DNA of 64,000 bases, taken from contig JANWWP010000023.1 in assembly GCA_025055575.1 (NCBI GenBank), positions 34,255 through 98,254 of the forward strand, written 5' to 3'. This document shows positions 57,412-64,000 of this stretch, piece by piece. Each line of letters opens with the position of its first letter. Positions within the stretch are counted from its first letter, which is position 1. This DNA is from Flavobacteriales bacterium (GTDB taxonomy: Bacteria > Bacteroidota > Bacteroidia > CAIKAF01). Position numbers and translations under genes: made by a program. A model generated the notes under the pieces. The model did no database searches, had not been told where the DNA came from, and saw only the letters and a list, made by a program, of their open reading frames with translations.

Positions 57412-59199
57412 ATGGCACGTTTTGGAACGTCCTTCTGGGGTGCTTTTACAGGCACGCTTCTGGCGTTTTTTCTATTTTTTGTAATCCTCTTTATCGGAGG
57501 GCTCCTAATGGTGGGATTTTTTGCATCGGGACTGTCGGAACTAGGTAAAGAAAAAACTGTTAAAACCAAAGGAAGTTTTCTTCACCTGAAGCTATCAGGA
57601 GATATCCCTGACAAACCCCAAAAAGATCCCTTGAGAAAATGGATGTCGGCTTATTACAATTCATCCGTGGTCTCCTTACCAGAAATTATCCATGCTCTTA
57701 AAGAAGCCGCTCAGGATGAGGACATCGTTGGTGTTTTCTTAGAAAACCCCCGGACCGATGCCGGTTTGGCGACATTGGAAGAACTTCGCCAGGCGCTTCA
57801 GGAATTTAAAAAATCTTCTAAACCTGTGATGGCGTATGCCGATTACTTGGACCAGCGCAACTATTTTTTGGCCAGCGTGGCCGACAGCCTTTTCTTAAAT
57901 CCAGCCGGCAGTATAGGACACGTGGGCCTGGCCGCCCAATTTATTTCATTTAAAAATCTCCTGGATAAACTAGAAATTAAGGCTCAAATCATCCGTCCGG
58001 ATTCCAACGCGTTCAAGAGTGCGGTGGAACCTTTTATGTACGAAAAGATGAGTCGTGCCAACCGTCAGCAGGTGCGGCAACTGATTTCCAACTTTTGGGA
58101 TTACATCGTTACAGCCGTGGCTCACAACCGAAAAACAAATGTGGATAAGGTGCGTCAGTGGGCCCGGGAACTTTCCGGCAGGAACGCCATGGCAGCCCTT
58201 GAAGACCGCATGGTGGACGGATTAAAGTATTACGATGAAATGCTTGAAACCCTAAAAAAAATCAGCTCTACAAATTCCGAAAAGCCCAATCTCATTCCGC
58301 TGAATGGCTATTTGGCAAACTCCAGAGAAAAAACTTCCACTCGGGAAAAAATCGTAGTTATTTACGCGGAAGGCGAAATTACAGACGACGGGAGTGCGTC
58401 TGAGCAGATCGTCGGTTCCCATTACGCCGGTTTACTTCGCACAGCGCGCCAGGATGACAAAGTAAAAGGCGTGATATTACGTGTCAACTCCCCCGGAGGC
58501 AGTGCCCTCGCCAGCGAGATTATACACCGGGAGGTACAATTAACCAAGGCCGTGAAACCTGTGTATGTTTCCATGGGAAATTATGCCGCCTCGGGAGGCT
58601 ACTACATTTCCTGTGCTGCCGACAGCATTTTCGCGGACTTCACCACCTTAACGGGGTCCATTGGCGTCTTTGGGGTGCTCCCGGATATGTCGGCATTTTT
58701 TAAAAATAAAATAGGCATTGTCCGCGACACCGTGCTCACGGAAAGGTTTTCAGATATTACAACGGCTGGGCGCACACTTTCCGCCGCTGAGATGCAGATT
58801 TTTAAAGAAGAAATCCAAGGCATTTATCAGCGGTTTCTGAAAAATGTGGCCGAAGGTCGCAGAAAAAGTCTTCAAGAAATCCACGCCATGGCCCAGGGTC
58901 GGATTTGGTCCGGTGCGGACGCACAACGCCTGGGCCTGGTGGATCGCATCACCCCCCTGGAAGGTGCGCTGGAGTCCATGAAACTGAAGCTGCAGAAGCA
59001 AGATATCTCCGTGGAAGAATGGCCCAAAGAAAGGAGCCTTTTCAATAAAATATTTTTGGAAAATTTCGAGTCCCGATTTTTAGGGCAACTATTTTTGAAC
59101 AATAAGTCAAATATCAGAAGAGTGATTAATTCTATTGATTATGAGATGCTTAATAATTACAAAGTTTGGGCAATCTCTCCAATAATCCAATGGATTTAA
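57412..59199 (+). CDS. sppA: signal peptide peptidase SppA (67K type)
   Basis: YFLASVAD, FKSAVEPF, RVNSPGGS, AASGGYY, TGSIGV, GRIWSG. Confidence 0.94.
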   Translation: MARFGTSFWGAFTGTLLAFFLFFVILFIGGLLMVGFFASGLSELGKEKTVKTKGSFLHLKLSGDIPDKPQKDPLRKWMSAYYNSSVVSLPEIIHALKEAAQDEDIVGVFLENPRTDAGLATLEELRQALQEFKKSSKPVMAYADYLDQRNYFLASVADSLFLNPAGSIGHVGLAAQFISFKNLLDKLEIKAQIIRPDSNAFKSAVEPFMYEKMSRANRQQVRQLISNFWDYIVTAVAHNRKTNVDKVRQWARELSGRNAMAALEDRMVDGLKYYDEMLETLKKISSTNSEKPNLIPLNGYLANSREKTSTREKIVVIYAEGEITDDGSASEQIVGSHYAGLLRTARQDDKVKGVILRVNSPGGSALASEIIHREVQLTKAVKPVYVSMGNYAASGGYYISCAADSIFADFTTLTGSIGVFGVLPDMSAFFKNKIGIVRDTVLTERFSDITTAGRTLSAAEMQIFKEEIQGIYQRFLKNVAEGRRKSLQEIHAMAQGRIWSGADAQRLGLVDRITPLEGALESMKLKLQKQDISVEEWPKERSLFNKIFLENFESRFLGQLFLNNKSNIRRVINSIDYEMLNNYKVWAISPIIQWI

Positions 59200-59217
59200 T
59201 TTTTTTTTGAAGAAAAA

Positions 59218-59248
59218 TTTGGTGAATCAAAATTCTCATTTACTTTTG
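59218..59248 (+). promoter_or_regulatory. full-consensus sigma-A promoter for the ompA-family gene
   Basis: TTTG (59218-59221), 19-nt spacer, TACTTTTG (59241-59248). Confidence 0.7.
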
Positions 59249-59285
59249 CACCGACAGAACCAATTATTAAATAATATTAAATGCT

Positions 59286-60977
59286 ATGGAAATGAAAAAA
59301 CCAATTACGTTGATTTTAGCTCTCATACTTTCCGGGAGTGTTTCCGGAGTAGTTGCCCAGGAGGGCGGAGATAAAAAGGCCCAAAAAGAGGGTTCGGAAG
59401 ACCCCAATTCAAAGCCCATGTCTTGGCATATTGGACTTTATGGAGGCTTAAACCATTCCTACACAGATATTCGCAAAAGGGAATATTTCAGCATCAAACA
59501 GATAGGCTGGAATGCTGGCTTATCTCTCATGAAAATGTTCAATCCAATGTTGGGATTGAGACTTCAAGGAGGATTTGGCGGAGGCCGTGGTACAGCCGAT
59601 GATAAAACCTTTATGGCTTATACTCAGGCATACTGGCATCCAAATCTCAAGGGGAGACCTTTGCGTTTTGCAAACTCATTTCAAGAAGTTTCCCTCCAAA
59701 TGATCATCAATTGGAGTGGCATGTCTTTGAATGATTATCCGCCCCGCATTCCCAAGTCCGGCGCTCGCAAGTTTGGTTTTTACAGTGTTTTGGGAGGAGG
59801 TGTTAATATGTACACAGCCAAAGTTTACGATGCCGTAACCGGCGATTATCTGGGAGGCGATCAGGCCATTGGTGCTGGCTATTCAGGAAGGATGCATGAT
59901 TTTGCATTGATTGTTGGTTCTGGATTTTCGTTTAAAGTTTCCCCAAAATTTCATATAGATTTGGAAGGAGGCGTTCGCATGTTAGGAACCGACAAATGGG
60001 ATGGCGTTTTGATGCGTCCAAGGCCTGTTAATTCAAATGGTCCCTTCGCTGGTAAATATCAGTTCGGTCGCTATTTTGATTGGTATTCATATGCAAATGT
60101 CAACCTCGTATTTTCTCTTGGCAAAAAAGGTCAAACGCGTTCCCGTTACTGGGATAATCCCGTGCTGGCATTCTATCAGGATATGGAAAAACGCCTTAGT
60201 GAAATTGGCAAGGTGGATATGGAACCGATCAAAAAACAGATTGATGAAAAACTTCAGGAGTTTGAAAGAATGCTCAAGACCGATTCTGATAACGACGGAG
60301 TTCCCGACATGTACGACAAGGAAAAGAATACCCGTTGGGACATCACGAATGTCAAGCCCTCCGAATTTGGGTGGACTGCTGATGAAATCAATGCTCTGCG
60401 TGAAAAAGCAAGTAAAAACGAAAGGATTATTGTGGACGGAAGTGGTATTGCCATGGATATTGACCGCGACGGTGTACCCGACCATTTGGATAAATGTCCG
60501 TTTGAACCGGGGTCTTCCATGCACAATGGTTGTAAAATCAAACCGAATGCTGAAACCATTAAATTGTTAACCGATCTTCAAACCATCGAATTTGAGCTGG
60601 ATAAAGACAACTTCGTAGATTGCTCTAAAAAGAAATCTGCCGCTCTCCGCGATCGCTGCAACAAGAAACAAACCACGGATATGGCCAACTTAAAGCGGCT
60701 TGCAGAAATTGTAAATTCCCCTGAATATAAAGACGCGAAGCTCCGTATTGAAGGCCATACAGATGACCGCGGTACCGATGAATATAATTTGGATCTTTCC
60801 AACCGCCGAGCTAACACAATTAAGAACTACTTAGTTAACCTGGGCGTTAGTGCCAATCGTATCAAGACGGTGGGTAAAGGTGAGCGCGAACCCCGTGTCG
60901 GTCCTTCCGGGAAAAATGGCACCTTCACCGAATTTGAGCGCGATAGAAACCGCCGCACTGAGTTTTACATCGAGTAA
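59286..60977 (+). CDS. OmpA family outer membrane protein (barrel, TSP3-like repeats, OmpA C-domain)
   Basis: Signal peptide ending in AQ, barrel strands, DSDNDGVPD and DIDRDGVPD, IEGHTDDRG..YNLDLSNRRA..NRRTEF. Confidence 0.9.
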   Translation: MEMKKPITLILALILSGSVSGVVAQEGGDKKAQKEGSEDPNSKPMSWHIGLYGGLNHSYTDIRKREYFSIKQIGWNAGLSLMKMFNPMLGLRLQGGFGGGRGTADDKTFMAYTQAYWHPNLKGRPLRFANSFQEVSLQMIINWSGMSLNDYPPRIPKSGARKFGFYSVLGGGVNMYTAKVYDAVTGDYLGGDQAIGAGYSGRMHDFALIVGSGFSFKVSPKFHIDLEGGVRMLGTDKWDGVLMRPRPVNSNGPFAGKYQFGRYFDWYSYANVNLVFSLGKKGQTRSRYWDNPVLAFYQDMEKRLSEIGKVDMEPIKKQIDEKLQEFERMLKTDSDNDGVPDMYDKEKNTRWDITNVKPSEFGWTADEINALREKASKNERIIVDGSGIAMDIDRDGVPDHLDKCPFEPGSSMHNGCKIKPNAETIKLLTDLQTIEFELDKDNFVDCSKKKSAALRDRCNKKQTTDMANLKRLAEIVNSPEYKDAKLRIEGHTDDRGTDEYNLDLSNRRANTIKNYLVNLGVSANRIKTVGKGEREPRVGPSGKNGTFTEFERDRNRRTEFYIE

Positions 60978-60996
60978 AAATCTCATTTTTCAAAAT

Positions 60997-61026
60997 AAAA
61001 AACTCCGGCGTAGGCCGGAGTTTTTT
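60997..61026 (+). terminator. intrinsic terminator
   Basis: AAAAAACTCCGGC-gtag-GCCGGAGTTTTTT. Confidence 0.9.
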
Positions 61027-61055
61027 ATTTTTAGGCCACCCTTATTTTTGGCTTT

Positions 61056-62558
61056 ATGATGGCAAAATTCATCAAAGCTTTCCTTAAATTACGGGAAGCC
61101 GCGTTGGTAAGCCATTACAAAGCTCCCCTGGTACTTCAGGAAAAAACTTTTAATTCCCTCATTCGATATGGGATTTCCACCCACTTCGGTTACAAATACC
61201 ATTTTAAGAATATCCGCACCCCGGAAGACTTCAACCGGTGTGTACCAGTCCACCGATATGAAGATCTCTTGCCATATTTCCAGGAAATTCTGAAAGGAAA
61301 ACCATCGGTACTCTGGCCTGGAAAAGTCAGTTGGTTTGCAAAATCCAGCGGCTCCACAGATGCCCGCAGCAAGTATATCCCCGTCACAAGGGAAGCGCTG
61401 TACCATTGTCATTTTAAAGCCGCAAAAGATGTCCTTACCTTGTATTTGGTGCACAGGCCGGATTCTCGTCTATTCAGCGGTAAAGGGTTTGTGCTGGGCG
61501 GTTCCAGCGCTGTCCATCCCGCCTCGTACGGTGTACGATCCGGCGATTTGTCGGCCGTTCTCTTGCACAATTCACCCTGGTATTCCCGATGGGTGAGGAC
61601 GCCTTCAAACAAAGTGGCTCTTTTAGGCGATTGGGAGAAAAAAATGGAAATTTTAATACGCCTTTTACCCCGGCAAAACATCACGAGTTTATCCGGAGTC
61701 CCCTCCTGGATGTTGGTTTTGTTAGAAAAAATTCTATCCCAAAATAAATTGGATACCGTAGCAAATCTCTGGCCTCATCTCGAACTATATATCCATGGGG
61801 CCGTGAGCTTTGCCCCTTACAAAAAGCGTTACGAGGAAATATTTTCTGGCCTGAAAGTTTGGTTTCTGGAAACATACAACGCTTCAGAAGGCTTTTTCGC
61901 CATTCAAGACCGGCCAGGCAGCGATGAAATGCTTTTATTACTTGACCATGGGGTGTACTATGAATTTATTCCCTTAGAAGAACTTTCTAAGGATTGGCCA
62001 CGCGCATATCATCTGGGAGAAGTGAAAACAGGTGTTTCATATGCCATGGTGATTTCCACCAACGGTGGATTGTGGCGGTACCTGATAGGTGATACCATTC
62101 GGTTTACATCCATTCAGCCCTACCGCATTCAAATCACAGGACGTACCAAACACTTCATCAATGTTTTTGGGGAAGAACTGGTGGTGGAAAATGCCGAACG
62201 GGCCATTGCCGAGGCTTCGCGACAATTAGGCCTGGTGGTCACAGACTTTACGGCCGGCCCTTTGTATATGCAGGGGGGCAAGGCCGGAGCCCATGAGTGG
62301 TTTGTGGAATTTGCCACGCCGCCGGCAGAAATTCAAGAATTTAGTGAAAAACTTGACCAGGAGCTGCGCAAACTCAACTCAGATTACGACGCCAAACGCT
62401 TTGGTGATCTGGCTTTAGGACCTCCGGTGGTGCATGCTGTACCCCGGGGTACATTTGAAAAATGGCTGCGCAAACACAATCGCTTAGGCGGTCAGCACAA
62501 AGTACCCCGATTGTCCAATGAAAGAAAGATCATCGATGAAATCCTGGAATGCATGTGA
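61056..62558 (+). CDS. GH3 auxin-responsive promoter family protein (acyl-adenylate ligase fold)
   Basis: FAKSSGST..SKYIP, ETYNASEGFF, WRYLIGDT, GGQHKVPRL. Confidence 0.92.
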   Translation: MMAKFIKAFLKLREAALVSHYKAPLVLQEKTFNSLIRYGISTHFGYKYHFKNIRTPEDFNRCVPVHRYEDLLPYFQEILKGKPSVLWPGKVSWFAKSSGSTDARSKYIPVTREALYHCHFKAAKDVLTLYLVHRPDSRLFSGKGFVLGGSSAVHPASYGVRSGDLSAVLLHNSPWYSRWVRTPSNKVALLGDWEKKMEILIRLLPRQNITSLSGVPSWMLVLLEKILSQNKLDTVANLWPHLELYIHGAVSFAPYKKRYEEIFSGLKVWFLETYNASEGFFAIQDRPGSDEMLLLLDHGVYYEFIPLEELSKDWPRAYHLGEVKTGVSYAMVISTNGGLWRYLIGDTIRFTSIQPYRIQITGRTKHFINVFGEELVVENAERAIAEASRQLGLVVTDFTAGPLYMQGGKAGAHEWFVEFATPPAEIQEFSEKLDQELRKLNSDYDAKRFGDLALGPPVVHAVPRGTFEKWLRKHNRLGGQHKVPRLSNERKIIDEILECM

Positions 62559-63358
62559 GATATTTCTCTTTCTTAATTCCTTTTTTTCTTTATCTCCCCC
62601 TCTTACCTGCCCAAAACATTCCATGTGGACGGGTCTTCAAAATTCAAGAGCCTGTGTCTTTAGAGTACGACCCGCTGGGTCAGGCGCTCATTTTTAATGA
62701 ACAGGAAATTTTAAAAATCTCTTCGGGCGACACCATATTCAATCGGTTTAGCCAACTTTCCTGGGGCCCTATCCGCCTTGTAGACGCGACCAATCCCATG
62801 AAAATTCTCGTTTTTTATAAGGAGGCCGCACGCTTGGTCTTTCTTGATAACACATTATCCCCGAACGGCGATCCGTTGGACTTGATTGCCTTAGGCTACG
62901 ATCAGACGGAACTGGCCTGCACCTCCTTCGACAATGGATTGTGGCTCTATGACCGTTTGAATTTCAGACTTGTACGCCTAAACGCATCGCTGGCCCCATC
63001 CGTGGTGGTTCCCAATCTCAACCAGGTCTTAAGTTCGGACCTCCAGTTTTGCCGTCTTGCGGAACGCAACAATCGTCTTTACCTTTTTTCCACAAAAGGC
63101 GAAGTGTTTGTCTTTGATGTGTATGGCAGTTTCTTATTTCAGTCCCATTGCCCTGCGGGTTGCCAATGTCAGGTTGCGGATAATTATTTTCGATTTACCA
63201 AGGACGGCGCCTGGATGGAAATTCCAATCCGAAATGCCTCCACCATGCCACGGACTCTTGCCCAAAGCCCCGAAGAAGGCCTGGTGTACTGGCTTTCTGC
63301 AAAAAAGGCGCTCTTCCGCTCTGAAGAGGGACAGTTCAAAGTGTGCCGGGTTCAATAA
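62549..63358 (+). CDS. hypothetical exported protein (beta-propeller-like)
   Basis: Signal peptide ending in AQ; DATNPMKILVFY..LDNTLS and DNGLWLYD blade-like segments. Confidence 0.6.
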   Translation: MHVRYFSFLIPFFLYLPLLPAQNIPCGRVFKIQEPVSLEYDPLGQALIFNEQEILKISSGDTIFNRFSQLSWGPIRLVDATNPMKILVFYKEAARLVFLDNTLSPNGDPLDLIALGYDQTELACTSFDNGLWLYDRLNFRLVRLNASLAPSVVVPNLNQVLSSDLQFCRLAERNNRLYLFSTKGEVFVFDVYGSFLFQSHCPAGCQCQVADNYFRFTKDGAWMEIPIRNASTMPRTLAQSPEEGLVYWLSAKKALFRSEEGQFKVCRVQ

Positions 63359-63395
63359 TTCCTCCTACTTTTGACCAGCGGATTTCACTTCCCTT

Positions 63396-64000
63396 ATGCA
63401 CATTGCGATCGCCGGTAACATTGGGTCAGGGAAGACAACCCTCACGGGCTTGCTGGCCAAACATTTAAAGTTGGAACCCCACTATGAAAACGTGGAGGAA
63501 AATCCTTACCTGTATGACTTTTACGAAGACATGCAGAGATGGTCTTTTAACCTTCAGGTGTATTTCCTCCAGAGTCGGTTTCGTCAAATTTTAGAGATCC
63601 GTGAAAAAGGCCGGAACGTAGTTCAAGACCGCACCATTTACGAGGACGCTTACATTTTTGCCCCTAACCTTTATAGCATGGGGCTGATGACCACCAGGGA
63701 TTTCAAAACGTATCAGGAACTCTTCCAACTCATTGCATCTTTCGTTAAACCCCCGGACCTTTTGATTTATTTGAGGGCCTCCGTGCCGGCGTTGGTGCAG
63801 CAGATACAGAAACGGGGCCGGGGGTTTGAAGCCGGTATTCGCCTGGATTACCTCAAAAAACTCAACGACCGCTACGAAGCCTGGATAGAAAACTACGATC
63901 TGGGAAAACTTCTGACTGTGGAAGTGGATACCTGTAATTTTATTGAAGATGAAGAGGCATTGGGTTCCATTATCAACGGCATCCAGGCCGAACTTTTTGG
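63396..64000 (+). CDS. deoxynucleoside kinase (3' end truncated; absent from the supplied ORF track)
   Basis: Translated by hand: MHIAIAGNIGSGKTTL, ENPYL.DFY, QDRTIYED, PDLLIYL; TACTTTTG at 63366-63373. Confidence 0.93.
   Translation, partial: MHIAIAGNIGSGKTTLTGLLAKHLKLEPHYENVEENPYLYDFYEDMQRWSFNLQVYFLQSRFRQILEIREKGRNVVQDRTIYEDAYIFAPNLYSMGLMTTRDFKTYQELFQLIASFVKPPDLLIYLRASVPALVQQIQKRGRGFEAGIRLDYLKKLNDRYEAWIENYDLGKLLTVEVDTCNFIEDEEALGSIINGIQAELF

Noticed and set aside
2395-64000. A dispersed DNA/nucleoside scavenging regulon (nuclease, CNT transporter, LOG, HhH barrel, deoxynucleoside kinase)
   Set aside because: The genes are tens of kb apart, individually common, and share no upstream motif that I could see

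Overview
A 64-kb chromosomal backbone window from a member of the Bacteroidota. The assignment rests on recurrent TAnnTTTG (-7) promoter elements, no evident Shine-Dalgarno sequences, several T9SS type-A C-terminal sorting domains, signal peptides followed by Gln, and a CcoN-CcoO fusion. I found no phage, transposon, integrase or CRISPR array. From left to right: end of accA, flavin reductase, DUF4286, rsmA, DUF151 nuclease, a CNT nucleoside transporter and YyaL; three T9SS cargo proteins plus a TonB-dependent receptor; two uvrA paralogs; a response regulator and fructosamine kinase; an operon of a PorE-like OmpA protein, a T9SS M1 aminopeptidase and a beta-barrel; tRNA-Lys; an AT-rich partial polysaccharide export locus (asnB, GT4, wza, wzc, rfbC, wecA-like); lpdA; an XRE-S24 (non-canonical LexA-like) regulator; a ComEA-HhH/beta-barrel gene coupled to a PorV/FadL-like barrel gene; purE; a cbb3 oxidase operon (ccoS, NO, Q, P, G, H, no ccoI); PGI/PMI, lipB, dapB, efp, sod, an ECF sigma factor, sppA, ompA, GH3 and a partial deoxynucleoside kinase. 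The best candidate for an uncharacterised system is the coupled pair of outer-membrane barrels, one carrying a DNA-binding HhH domain, next to the LexA-like gene. Other leads are the SusD-less TBDT/PCMD-T9SS pair, an EF-P with an Asn-tipped loop, a 20-tyrosine Wzc tail, and apparently leaderless mRNAs including a mini-ORF ahead of wza. All calls are from motif recognition by eye; no searches were run.
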